Notes under the pieces: generated by a model
Database searches by the model: none
Seen by the model: only the letters and a program-made list of their open reading frames with translations
What the model was told of the DNA's origin: nothing
In this document: positions 15,433-29,658 of the stretch, piece by piece
Position numbering within the stretch: position 1 is the first letter of the stretch
Layout: each line of letters opens with the position of its first letter
Made by a program: the position numbers and the translations under genes
NCBI GenBank assembly: GCA_012295275.1
Contig: CM022669.1
Span: 9,548,001 to 9,612,000 of the forward strand
Origin: Chrysomallon squamiferum
Lineage: Eukaryota > Animalia > Mollusca
Length of the DNA: 64,000 nt
Direction: 5' to 3'

Positions 15433-16833
15433 ATCTTCTTATTATTATGGTTTATTTTCCTCCTTTTTTTTTTTTTTTTTCTTCGTCTGTACTTCATTTT
15501 CGTTTTTTTTTTTTTTTCTTTTTTTTTTTTTGCTGTCGTCCTCCAGTCTCCCTTATCTTATCGAGCTGGTAATGAACTACAAATAAGACAAATGACTGCA
15601 GTTCGGTTACTCATTTACCACAGAGTGTTCAGAGTTTGCCATCGCAATATCGCCCAACAAAGAATGAAGACGTTGAGTAAACGTCGCATCGTGTTGCGGT
15701 ATAATCAATGCGGAACCAGTGTTTGCTTACCGACTGGGCTTTCTTTTTTCTGGTGGATAGGCATCGAGGAATACCAGTCGATAACGAAAATCGCGTCGTC
15801 TTCTCGAGAGAAGCGTTTACTTTTTCAAAGTCTTTAAGTACCCAAAGACTCAGCTGTTAACGACTCCGCGAATTCCGGAGTACTGAAACCCGTCGGCCGA
15901 ACGCACTCCCGTTTAATGCGTAAAGCTTCCGGTTGACATTTAACTCGGCAAAATGTTCTTTTGTCAATAGTCGTCATATTAAGAATAATTTTTTCGGAAT
16001 ATTAGTTGATGTTATCGGTGTTAGAGAGATATGTAGAGAAAGTGTTTTTAATGAAAATCAGACACCGTGACCGGCACGTTAATGTAAATTAAGACTGCCG
16101 AGAGCACGGAACGACCTGCTTGCTGCAGTTGTCTGCCTTTAGTGACCACGTGTCAGACGAATTTATATAAATATTTTAATTTTAGTAAATAAATAAATCA
16201 AACAACCCCTTGAGACTTCTAAGCATAAAGATATATTTAGTCCAAAAAATACATATCGATAATTCCGATAACAGTGGGGGAAAAAAAAATAAAAAAAATC
16301 GTTAAAAAAAACATACATCATGGCGTTACTGAAATGCTATAAAGTATAAAAGTTAACATTTTTTTATTTTTTTTTTATTATTGTTTTTCATTAGACAGTT
16401 TATTTTTCTCATCATAATAACTGTTATATCACAGGTTTTCATTGTCAAACGCGTATCCAATTTTACTGCGGTTACTTCATCGTGGAAAAATGTAAAAAAA
16501 AAAAAAAAAAAAAAAAATGTATTCGATATACACTTTTCTTCAGAGAATGTCGTTGCCATCTAAATTCCAGCTACATCACGCTGGTTTTAAGGACAGAAGA
16601 AGACGAGTGCACATGTTTAAGTAATTCACGTGTAGGACTGTGCTTCTTGGAATACTCCACTTCACATTCTTGTGTGTCTAATAGCAAGTCTTTTCATGTC
16701 AGTAACGTCTCGCATTTCTCGAGTAAATCGTTGAAAAACACTATTTTGTGATGGAATGAACAGATTCTTTGATTATTTAAGCAGGAAAATTACTTCTTGT
16801 TTTTCGGATTTTATATTTTATTTTGAAAAAAAG

Positions 16834-16869
<36 letters not shown>

Positions 16870-17380
16870 AAAAAATAAGAAATGCGTTTAAAACAAGGAT
16901 GTTCTTATTTGAGAATATTTTGTCGCTGAATTGGTGATATGCTCTTTTTTCTGTCCATTGAGTTTCTTCTGTTTTTTTTTTTTTTTTTAAATTAAAGTTT
17001 CTATTGATTTGATAATTTTTTTATAAACGATGTTGACCAAATTCTTTCTTATTGCCGTCTCTTGGGTATTTTGTGTTCAGTATGATTTTGCTGTTACGAT
17101 GAAGTTCTACTTTATTATTATTGTTGTTTGGTTGTTTTTTTGTTTGTTTTTTCTTGCTTTTTTGTATTTAGAAATATTTTCTCGAGCTCTTGATAATACT
17201 GTCGCTTTTATGGTGTGTGTTTTTTCTCTTGTTTCTCTGTTATTATTATTACTTTTCTTTTTGTGTAAGAATTTATTACTTTCCTGCATTTATTTTATTT
17301 ATCTTTTTATTTCATTTTATTGATTATTTAATTTTCCATAGTTATTACATTACTTTAATCGGATGTCTTTATACAAACCT

Positions 17381-17416
<36 letters not shown>

Positions 17417-18209
17417 TGGACCTCTGAAATATTATTTTAAAAATTGTTATAATTATTTTAGAAAGAGTAAAATTTTGTATCAGACCCCAGAATTTAGCAG
17501 ATCATATTTTACTATTCATTTAAATGAAAACAATAGCTGAAACTGAGTGGCAAAGAATCATTTTAACAAACCAACATCGCGCTGGTTAAAAAGACGAAAT
17601 GTTTTATCTTAGTTTAGAAACGTCCACATTTAAGAATTAATTAAACACTTCTATATTCATAATCATGTAAAGTCATTTTAGATAATGCTTACACCCATTC
17701 TGGTCGCTCTTGCCTGAAAATCTCTTTAAAGAAAAGAAATTCTGGAACCGCTCCTGAATTATCAGAAATTAATTTCAAGACGTACATATTACTGAGTAAA
17801 ATTTTATCTTTCTCATTCGCACGATCTCATATATAAACAACCACGTGCTAATAAGTCGGGTTAGAACAGGAAATAAGTGCAGTGGATGCACCGAAAAGAT
17901 TTGATCCCCAACCCTTCCAGCTTAGAACAATCGCTCTGTCAGTTAGCAACAGTTACTAGTTCCTTACCTTACTAAGAATTGTTCGTGAGTAATAAACATC
18001 GTCTCTAAATCAGACAAATAAAACTTTTGTTGAGAGAGGTCGTAGGATCGATACTTCTCATTACCACTAAAAATTCCATATATATCGCAAATTACGTATA
18101 ATGGATGATTATTATTTTTACCTCGCCATGACATTTATAGAATAAATAGCTGCATTTAGTGTCTGTACTATGATACATACATACGTACGTACACAAATAC
18201 ATACATTTA

Positions 18210-18241
<32 letters not shown>

Positions 18242-18374
18242 CATATATATATACAGAAAGAGAGATATGTAATGAAAGCTTCGTAAAACTCATATAAGAT
18301 AATGTTTTTAATTCATAATATTTTATATGCGCATAAGTGTACGTACGCACGCAGTCATATATATATATATATAT

Positions 18375-18436
<62 letters not shown>

Positions 18437-18957
18437 TAACACGTTTTAACGGAATTAAAACAGATTGAGGAGTTGTTAAACAAACTCATCACATTCCAGG
18501 AACGGCTGGAACGTGTTAAAGGCAGCCTTTCAGCGGTAGATTTAAAGAGAAGATCTGACAAGGCAATACGTATTCACAGACTGGGTAATTTTTACAGGAA
18601 ACGGTCTGTAAACTGAACACGACTTTCACGCCGAAACTGAATACTTTTTAACACAGGTGTGTGTATGTGTTTCACCTGGCTCCCCGTGTCTACCTGTCCA
18701 GGTGAATGAGGAGCTAATAAGATGAATTGTCTGTGTGAGGCATTTACGTCTGTTTGTTTTAACGAGTCGTACAAGTGTTCGTAGACTGTTTGTGGGCTGA
18801 CAGTAGACTGATTGAATTGTGAACGTCGCTTAAAGTTAATGCGTGCGTTCATTTGAGAATACTTCAAAAAAAAAAAATGCTGACTGTTGCTGATCATATT
18901 TTAGTTGTTAAGACGGTTTAAAAAAGTATTTGAAGATAAGTTTAGACAACATTAGTT

Positions 18958-19026
<69 letters not shown>

Positions 19027-19404
19027 GTATAAATGTATTTGTATGATCATTGTGTTTGTGTGTGTAAGAGAATGAACGAATGTTTAATGACGCATTATTT
19101 TTCCGTTATGTCTTTCTAATAACTGTAATCGTGATGCGAGAGAGGACAGCAGTAAAAGACATTTATGTGAAATTTCCTAAAGTCCATGTCATTTCTCACA
19201 CACTCACTGAAACTGGATTTACAGTATGCTGAAGCACGCGTTCTGGTCACTGTATTGAAAATATGAATATGAGAGATTATTTACACGATTCACAGAATTC
19301 TTAAAATAAATAAAAGATGATGTTCAAATCAAGAGTTACACCATTAGGCTATGATTATCAATAATAATTAGAATGTCTTCCATAAAAATCTCTCTCTCTG
19401 TCTA

Positions 19405-19550
<146 letters not shown>

Positions 19551-19809
19551 GTCTCTCTCTACATGTCTTATTCCGTGGCCCCTATTTATATCAGTATCAT
19601 TCCTCTCAATACATCTATCTTTATTTTCTCGCTTTCTCCCTCACTAGATATATATTTCTGTCTGCCTGTGTTCAGTGTCAATTTAAAGATCAGTCATCAT
19701 TCCCGCATTCTCTTTCATAATGGACAAGTCAAATTTTGGCGTGCTCGGCTCGGACTGAGTTAAAACAAGAATCGATGGAGAAAAAAAAAGAGAGAGAGAG
19801 AGGCACCAA

Positions 19810-19920
19810 TAGTGGAAACGACGAGTCAGCAGTGCGGTGACTGACAGTCAGTCATAATCGTGAGCGCGCGAGTTTGTCAGTCGGCGGGTCTCTCGCAGTC
19901 AGTGAGTGTTACAGAAATGC
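19810..19920 (+). promoter_or_regulatory. Putative core promoter/TSS cluster of the Dpr/ZIG-8-like gene
   Basis: CpG-rich island with three TCAGT initiator motifs (19848, 19877, 19899) about 2 kb upstream of the ATG. No TATA box evident. Confidence 0.5.
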
Positions 19921-20297
19921 TCCGCGATTACGTGAAACTGTTCCAAACAGCCAGAACGGAATGGGGACCGCTGGCACAGGCAAAGAATCGGACGACTCGC
20001 AGGTTTATGTAGCGTTCAGCTCTTAATACCGCGCGCGTTGTTACGACGTTTTGTCACGAAAGGTGCAGTCGAGCGTTAATGAGACGACGTTTGAGTGTAA
20101 GCTGCGACTACTACTACTACTACTACTACTACAACTACAACAGCTTTCGCAGGACGTTTTCAGAGTGGAGTGTTAACTGTAAGAAGGTTATGAATATTTA
20201 TTGTTTTTTAAAAAAACACACACACGAGAAGGATAGATGTAATTCGTTAAGGATTGTTCTAAGAAGAATTTACTTTTAAGTGGACGACAGAAAAAAT

Positions 20298-21035
20298 GTA
20301 AGTAGTCCCAAAGCGAGATTTGTTCTTTCGTTGTTTGTTCTCAAACAATAATAAAATATTACTTGTGTCTTTTCGGTTTCTAAACAAATATTCAACTCAA
20401 GCTACTGCCAGTGTGTCTTACCATTCTCTGGAGTATCCTAAAAATTCTACTAATCGGTTTTTCTTAATGTGTACAGAAAATTCAATAACTCGCTGTTTTT
20501 AACTTCATAGCTCAGTTTTCCCATGGCGTGTTTTCTTGCATGAAAACAGTGAAAATGTAGCGGCAAGCAAAGTTTTTCTTCTATGTTTTTTTTTTATATA
20601 ATTTCATACAGAAATTCAGTTTTATGCCTCACGGAATTTTTCTACTTCTGAAGATGTTTTCAGTTTTCTTTCTTTAATCATTATTCAACGACCTGGCGTA
20701 GACAGACCAGCAAATTATAAGTTTCTTTAGAGAGAAAATAAAGAAGTTATTTTGAACATTTTTTTTTTTTTTTTTTCAAAAGTAATCTTTGGATTTCTAT
20801 TATTGGTAAAAAAAAAAAAAAAAAAAAAGAGAGAGAAAAAAAAAATTTCTTTTTTATTTCCTTTTGGAATGAATTAATTTTTTCTTTATTCTAGAATTAA
20901 AACTTTAATGCTTTCATCGGAAATGAAAAAAAAAATTAGTAATATGGTATTTATAAATATTGAGTGATAACTGTAATTATATAACTGCTGGACTAATTAT
21001 TATTATTATTATTTCTATTATTATTATTGTTATTA

Positions 21036-21094
<59 letters not shown>

Positions 21095-21549
21095 GAAGCA
21101 TTTAATCAGTAAAAAAAAAAAAAAAAAAAAAAATTGAAAATAAAAACGAAATTCAATGAACTGATGTCTGGAGAAGAATTTTTGTGTTGAGAAGTTGACC
21201 AGTGAAATATTTCTTCAAATCGTTCAGAACAGTTTTTCAGAGTGCAGGGACTTCTGAAGAAGAAAAGTTTTAATCCTAGTACACGTGAAGACTCTCAAAC
21301 GCACAAAGTCGTGACAGTGAAAAAGAGAAAATTCTCAAATGAATTTATTCAACACAGTGTTGTATACGGATTTATTTCACTGAAAAAAAGATTACGACAT
21401 AGACTGAATGAAAGCTATGAATTATTAAAATTTTTACTCTGTGAAAAAACTGGTTTACAGAAAGAAAAAGAAAAAGCTCAGCTGAATGATAAACTGCATT
21501 TAATTCTGAAAAAAATCGACTGAATTTATTCTTTCTTCTTTTTTTTTAG
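20298..21549 (+). other. Putative 5'UTR intron
   Basis: gtaagt donor at 20298 and a strong acceptor ttctttcttcttttttttttag ending at 21549. This would make exon 21550-21907 the ATG-containing exon. Confidence 0.4.
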
Positions 21550-21843
21550 GCAGTGGGAGAAACTGAATTAATGAAAAAACTAAACAAAAGGAAAATAAAC
21601 TAAATATAATACAATCGGAAGTGTCGGCGATTTCATAGATATGTGAAAAATTTATTTTATGAAAATCTTTTCTTAAGAAGGAGTCTACTTGTTTCAGGAA
21701 GATCTGTTTGTCTGAGGAAAACGTACAAAGTGCTGGGTGTTTTATCAATGAGAATAAAATCTACTGAATGAAAATTGTGTACACGAAACAGTGGCAGTTA
21801 GGTGTGTTGTTCCGTGGATTATTTTTGGACCGATGCGTTTAAC

Positions 21844-21907
21844 ATGGAGAGGATTAAAAATCTCAGATGTCACGTGACCCTATTGGTGACTCTTTCATGT
21901 TGGACGG
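21844..21907 (+). CDS. Coding exon 1 of Dpr/ZIG-8-like two-Ig protein (putative signal peptide MERIKNLRCHVTLLVTLSCWT)
   Basis: ATG in AACATGG context at 21844. Basic N-terminus followed by a hydrophobic stretch. Ends ACG G|gtaagt (canonical donor, phase 1), matching the phase-1 start of exon 51897. The link across ~30 kb is inferred. Confidence 0.7.
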
Positions 21908-22153
21908 GTAAGTACAGGTTATATAAGTATATATCAGTCAATATTTCAATTTTTTTTTTTTTTTTTTCCTTAAATCCGTATGTAACGATTAATCCATAAC
22001 CTAAATGTTTTGTTACAGTTTAATCTGCGACAACCTGGTTTGTAATCCGGGTATAACGACCAATACGTAACGTGCTACAGTCTAATCTAATCTTTGCTAC
22101 TTCAAACGTTATAGTACTAAAACTGATTATTACAAATAGTTCACAGTAATTAT

Positions 22154-22272
<119 letters not shown>

Positions 22273-22484
22273 GTATATATCTTTATATATATATATTTAT
22301 ATCCATATAATGACACACGCACGTATTTACATAGAAACTGCATAATATATTGTTTATACTTTTTAAAGTTTTTATACGATTAATTTTTATAAACGTCTTT
22401 TTGATATATGAAAAAATATTCTGTGTTACTCTCACACTGACCATGTTATCAATCACATCAGTGTTTTTGTAACTGCATCTAATG

Positions 22485-22561
<77 letters not shown>

Positions 22562-23022
22562 GCGGATTCTGATGTATTAGTAGGTTACTGAGCCATTTTT
22601 CGATGATTAACTTCTTTGGTTGGTAGAAAACCAGAAATACTTTATATAATATTCAGTCGTAAAAATAAATCATTTGATTTAATGTCGCTATTTTTGCTGT
22701 TTTCTTTCGTAATCTTAAGAAATTGCCTTCCAGCGGCGACTTGCAATTTTAATTTCCTTCGTTACACAATGTCACACACACGTTCTGTACCCAGCTCTTT
22801 GAAGTTGAGTTCACCCGAGACTTGTACCTGTTGCTCTCTGCCGGTTCTGCTGTGGGCGTAGTTTTCTACAGACTTGGGAGTCGGCTTGCACATTAGTGAA
22901 GAGATTCTTGGAACCACCTACTAACTTCACCTACTGTTAGATGTAATTATATAGAGCCGCAGGCAGCCAACTTTGTTAACATCAGCACATCGTCTAGGTG
23001 ACTGTGTAAACAGCAGTTCTCT

Positions 23023-23137
<115 letters not shown>

Positions 23138-23957
23138 ATCTATCAATTTATATCTCTGTCTAATTTATTCATCTATCTTTCTCTAACTCAAATTCTCTCT
23201 AAATATTTTCCTAGCACTTTGCATTTGTGACACGTATTAAGCACACACAGACAGAAAACAGTAATTGATTATACTAACATTTATTTGCGAGTATCCCGGA
23301 CTTTATTTGACCATTACCCAGATAGGACAGCACTAACTGACTACAAACTCAACCAATATCACTTTGTGCTACCAGACTTTTTCACTACTGTTCCGATACC
23401 GAGATAAATTAAGTGTCCATCTGGTGCAATAAAACTCATACTTAGTATTCTGTCAGTGGATAAGAAAAAATATTACACACGAAAATTCGTCCGTAATTTG
23501 GATTTGTGAAATATAAAACTGATATGGCTTGCGTGTTAACGAGTTAACTAAAGATCAGCTCATGAGATAAAGATTATAAAATGTATGTGGGATTTTGTAG
23601 TTATTACTTCGTTTTTAACATTATTTTACATTTCATTAGAGGTGAATTGTAGCTCACAAATTTGGACTCGTTAGAAGTTACAGGATGGAGTTTCCTCGAA
23701 GCGCCCATTGTGTTAATTTCCCACCCCAACCGGCATCACACAGCATGGTATTGAGAGATTTTGTCATGTGGCTTCTTTATTTCAGGAATTAAGTATTAAA
23801 AAGAATTGCTGATGTGAAGAGAAATGAAATGTGCACTTCATGTGTTTTTTTCATATCAGTCTACAGAATAAAACATATCAAAACATTTTTTTCTTATTAT
23901 TCGATTTTGGTATATTTAAAAAAATACCCAGAAGAGTTAACGATACCGCCATAACAC

Positions 23958-23992
<35 letters not shown>

Positions 23993-24430
23993 GTGTGTGT
24001 GTTTATGTTTGTGTTTATGTATGCATGTGTATATATAAATATATATGTGTATGTACGTGTGTATGTGTGTATGTATTAAAGTATATATATATATATATAT
24101 ATATATGCATGTATGTACTTGTGTATGTATGTATGTATGTCTATGTGTTGCTTACAGCCATAAATAATTATTTTGCATATTTCACTGAAAGATATGACTG
24201 CAGTTGTGCTGCTTGTGCCAGAGACTGATTTGCAGTGATAAACGTACACTGCACAATCTGCAGTGTACCAGATTCACTCAGAAATCAGAGTCTGGTGCAT
24301 AAACGGATTGTTATAAAACAGACAACCAGCTGCCAATTACATTGTTGTTAACTAAAACACAGTACGTCAGCACGCTTACCATAAGCTCGTCCTCGTTTTG
24401 CTGTTTAATAGGTGGGCTGATACGTCGTTA

Positions 24431-24666
24431 GAAACAAACTGAAATCATGTCTGCACACACTACTGATACGTAAATGAATCATAATATGGACATACACAAT
24501 ACTGAAACATAACTGAAATCATGTCTAAACACGCTACTGATACGTAATTGAAACAAAATATGGACATATACAATACTGAAACAAACTGAAATCATGTCTG
24601 CACACACTACTGATACGTAAATGAATCATAATATGGACATACACAATACTGAAACATAACTGAAAG
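24431..24666. repeat. ~73-bp tandem repeat, 3+ copies with alternating (147-bp dimer) structure
   Basis: GAAACA(T)AACTGAAA unit starts at 24431, 24504, 24578 and 24651. Units 1 and 3 are essentially identical. Confidence 0.9.
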
Positions 24667-25699
24667 AAAACATTTTGACATACACAATATCGAAAGAAGA
24701 AGTACAAATTAGTAAAACTTAAACTGATATTTTATTTTATTTTTTATTATTATTATTATTATTTTATTTTTTGATCTGAATAAACTAAACAGACTCAAAC
24801 ATTAACACACACACTGTTCAGAAAAAAAAAAAATGCTACATCAACTATGATTGAAATACACACGGTAAAAACACTAACTGAAAAGATGTTGACATCCAGT
24901 TTGAAACTCATTGTATCAAGCGATGTGAATGTTCAGTGGGAGAGCCGGTTACGCTGTCTCAGACATCGCGTTGATAAGCAAATTAAAACAATCTACCAGA
25001 CGAAACAAAGCATGAACAGATGCACTTGAAGTGAATGTTCTCCATGTTGTGCAAATCTGATAAACTAATTCGGTGCCAGACTGAACGAGGTATAAAGTTT
25101 ACTTGTAAATTGAATCAAACCCTTCCGATACGCGACATTAGCATTGCTGCTTACGACAAGTTTGGCATGTTCTTTTAAATACATTAAAACCTTTCCTTTT
25201 TTCATTTAAATAAAACTTGATTGTTAACTTACCACTTTTCTAGAACCAAATTGTCTGATACGTCATTAGAAGGAGACTTTTTTTTTTTTTTCTGTGTTAC
25301 TAATGGGGATAGTTTTGGCATGATGATGATGATGATGATGATGATTCTAGTTAGTCTGATGATTTTAGTTAGATGATGTTTACAGTTATTGTTATGCATT
25401 TTGCAATGTTGAAGTCGTTTTATTATGGCTATGAATGAAGACATGCGATACAAGTGACTTCTTGTTTAGAAACCTTTATCAAAATTATTATGACAGCAAA
25501 CAAGCAACCACTGCAGAGTTAAAGTCGTGTGTATTGTATCTCCTCAAAGAACAATTTTTAATTTATAATCACGATTTGATACAACGACAACGTCCAAAAA
25601 ACTGAGCTTCGAAAAGTTTTAAAACTCTGTATCATCAATGAAGAACGTCAAACAAATCAAAGAAGGTTAATCATCACTCGTTCAAAAGCAGTGAATATA

Positions 25700-26000
25700 C
25701 ATACTGAGAGTAATATATCAGCAGTCACGTCATATCTTGACAATAATGTTACATACTGACAGTAATACAGTATATAATTACAGGAAATATTCAGTACTGA
25801 TAATAACATCAAACACTTGAGAGTAAATATCATATAGTAAGAGTAATATTATATACTGGCAATAATGATATATATTTCTGACAGTAAAAATTAGTGACAA
25901 TAATGTTATATACTAAAATTAAATGTCATAAAATGACAGTAAAGTTATGTACTGAGATTGAATGTTATATAATGGTAATAACAGTATATACTGCTGCCAT
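25700..26000. repeat. Old degenerate ~20-bp tandem repeat (ATACTGACAGTAAT...TTAT)
   Basis: Recurrent TACTGA.AGTAA / TGACAATAATGTTA motifs. Confidence 0.55.
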
Positions 26001-26148
26001 ATTATCAGACACTGTGTTTCTTTAACCTGTTTATCTGAAATTCTTAGGGAAGAAAGTTCATACGAAATGATTGATAGATGAATAAAACAGAATAAACTGA
26101 AGATAAAAGAAAAGTATTCTTAATGAAAAGAAGACACTTGCCCTAAGT

Positions 26149-26187
<39 letters not shown>

Positions 26188-27621
26188 TATAGATAGATAG
26201 ATAGATAGATAAAAGAAAGAAAGAAAGGAAAGGGGGAAAAAAAGAAGAAAAACAAAAGAAACAAACAAACAAAAAAAAACAAAAACCGCAAAACCCTGAC
26301 GGTTTACCGTTGCACAAACAAAAGGCAGCAGTAAGTTCAGAAATGTTGTAAACATAACGCAGTTATGTAAATATTATAGCATTGAGTGTTATCTATAACA
26401 CGATATCTGGCAAGTGATACACGTTTAAAGGGTTAAAACAGAACGTTTCTGACAAAATCTGATGATTAATTTCCGTTTAGCAATAAGACGTACATAACTG
26501 TTTAAAAAAATATAAATAATAATAATAATAAAAAAAACTCATCGGAAACTTTTAAGAAAAACACTAAAGAAAGAAAAATGTGAACGGAGATGAATAACAA
26601 GATAAGGAAAAGTCTCTCTTCTAACATTTTTCCAGTCGATGAACAAAGTCAGATAATAATTTCACGGTTTAGTTCTTTTCGTTCTTTTTTTTAAACTTTT
26701 TATAATTACTTTTCATGTACCTGCATAGATCGTGTTTAGTACTGTTATCCAGTGTAAAATAAAACATAAATGAAAACTACTAGTAAGATCAACTTGACAG
26801 AAAAGTACCATTAATGATTTTTCTGAATGTTAAACGGAATAATAATAATGATGATGATGATGATGATGTTCATAATAATAATAATAATAATAATTACTCT
26901 TTGGAATAAAAAAAAAATAAAAAATAAAAAATAAAAATTGGAACTGTTCCATGACATACAGTATTCCGTTAATTCTCATAATATTTCAGAACATAAATTG
27001 GCAATATTCAGAATAATACACGATTATTTATATCACATATCTACTAATATACATTTAGTAATAATAATCATACAGCATAATAACCGTGTTACAACTGTTT
27101 CACAACATATTTACCTAATATCTACATAACATTTATATATAACCATATCAGACTTGCTAATACTCGTACAACAATAACATTCACTAACACAGACGTAACA
27201 TTTGTTAATTTGTTAATTAACATCAGCATCAAACTTGAATGTTGTTATTTCTTACGACTCGGTTTTCCTATATCAGTTTTAAAAAGAGACAGACATGTCA
27301 AACAAAATCAGGGGAAAAGACTTGACGTGTCTCTGAAGTTGGCAAGAATCAAAGAGTGTCTTGTTAGTGTGTTTAGACCAGTTCTCTCTCTCTCACCAGG
27401 CGCTGGCGTAGCAAAGTCAGTGTGCAGTGATATTTCACAAACGTCATTATGTACGTGTTTTTTTTTTTTTTTTTTTTTCAGTTTTTTTCTACTTTATAAT
27501 TGTGTATGTTGTTAGCTCAGTGAGGTAGCTGACTACATTCTGTATAATTACATTTTTAAACTTTTCTTTTTTTTTTTAGCTTTGTTCTCTTTTTATTTTC
27601 CTTTTCTTTATTATTATTATT

Positions 27622-27717
<96 letters not shown>

Positions 27718-28734
27718 ACTCTATGCTACTATTTCTCTTATTATTTTTAATCTTTCCTTTCTTCGTCATTATGATCTTCATTTCAAAAGTTGTTAGAAGC
27801 GCTGTTTTGATGACGTAAAAAGTAAATTAAGATAAATTATACAGTTTAATATTTCATACACGTGACAATTATTTTTCTAATTTTACACTATTAGTTCACT
27901 GACGCATTCTTAACAAACCGTTTCCGCAGTTTACATTGTTGTCTTAATGAATCACCACAAATGAATGTGAATGTGTGCGCGCGCACGAGCGAGAAGAGCG
28001 CGTGCAATCGGTCAGGTGCACAGACGTTTATGCAAAAATATATAAAGGCAAAGAAAAACCCGCAGACGAATATTCATCTTTCAAATTATTAACTTCTCTC
28101 TACCTGTGTCCATCGATCGTTATAACCGTATCTCACCACATTTATTTTTTTTTGCTTTCTTTTTCTTTTCCTTTCTTATTTATTTATTCATATTATTTTA
28201 CTTTAGTTTTATTTATTTATTTATTTTATTTTATTTTATTTCTCTTTTTTTGCATTCTTTCTCAATTTTTTCCTTTTTATTTTTTCTTCTTCTTCTCATT
28301 TTTCGTCATTTCATCTTCCCAATAAACACTTTAGTCAAACATATCGACTTGCACACATCTCAGTTTCTTCAGCACATCTGCAACAACTTAGATCATGTCG
28401 ACTTTCGATGAGATACAACTACGTCTATATTTCAGTAGCACGCACGTGCAGTCACTTTATATTACACAGCACGTGCTCTACCACTCTCTTCGTTTCGTGC
28501 CCAAACTGGGAGCGCCCGTGGTCGACTGATGTCGTTTTGACGTCGTCCATTTCCACCCTAACCTAATACGGATGAAATCTTGGGAACCCGGAATGCGGCC
28601 ATGTTTGTTTGTTTGTTGTTGTTGTTATCCTCATCATCATCATCATCATCATCATCATATTTTAGTTTTTGGTTAAGTGCCATGGAACACATTTTGGAGT
28701 TCTTTGAAGATCCTTATTTTTAACTGCATGCATT

Positions 28735-28773
<39 letters not shown>

Positions 28774-29622
28774 TTGTTTGTTTGTTTGTTTGTCTCGATT
28801 CATTTCATGCAAGGCCTCACTGCTGTGTCTTGCTCTGTAACACACTGTGTGCTGTATATTTATAAACACGTGTTTGTAATTACAATAAACTGTTAATTGT
28901 AATGTTTGTTCTGTAATATCTCGGCACAGCTAAGTCTAAAGTGTCCAGGGACGAATCTGTGGTCCAGCACAGGTGGGTGCTCTTGAGTTGTTTTTAACAT
29001 CAGAAACCTGCAAAGTCTAAGACCAAGGGCGGAGAGGGAATTGAAATAAGTCACGAATCTGTCTTCTCTTTTCTTCTTGTTTTCGTTCGTTGATTTATTC
29101 AGTCCCTTACGTTTATTTATTTATTTATTTATTTATTTATTTGTATTTATTGCTTTTCTGTGACAATGCAGCGGAAATTAATGGAGTTTTTTTGAAACAC
29201 TTGTAAATTCATAGCCGTTTAGTTTTTAATTTCTCGATAATTAGTTTTCTGTCGTTTCTGTGGTAACCAAAACATCTTTTAATCTTTTATTCTTTAGGTT
29301 TACTGTGGTAAGTAATCAATATTTATTTCGTCAAAATGAAATATTGTCAAAATTAATCTAACTTAAGACGAACATTTAAATATGAAATTTAAAAAATACA
29401 TAAAATTATGATTATATTTTCTGGTAATTAAGAAAAAAAAAGATTTAAAACTGGAATTAAAATTAATAAACAGAACTGAAATAGAAACATTTTAATTATA
29501 GTGTATTCTTAGGAAAATTTGTTGTTATTATTATTATGATTACTGTTCTTGTAATTATTATCAACATCATCATAATCATCACCATTTTTTGTCCAATGAT
29601 GAATAAATGATATTATTAATCG

Positions 29623-29658
<36 letters not shown>

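Noticed and set aside
17830-18070. Possible tRNA-derived SINE remnants (GGATCGATAC B-box-like motif)
   Set aside because: No A-box, cloverleaf or second copy identifiable; too degenerate to call.
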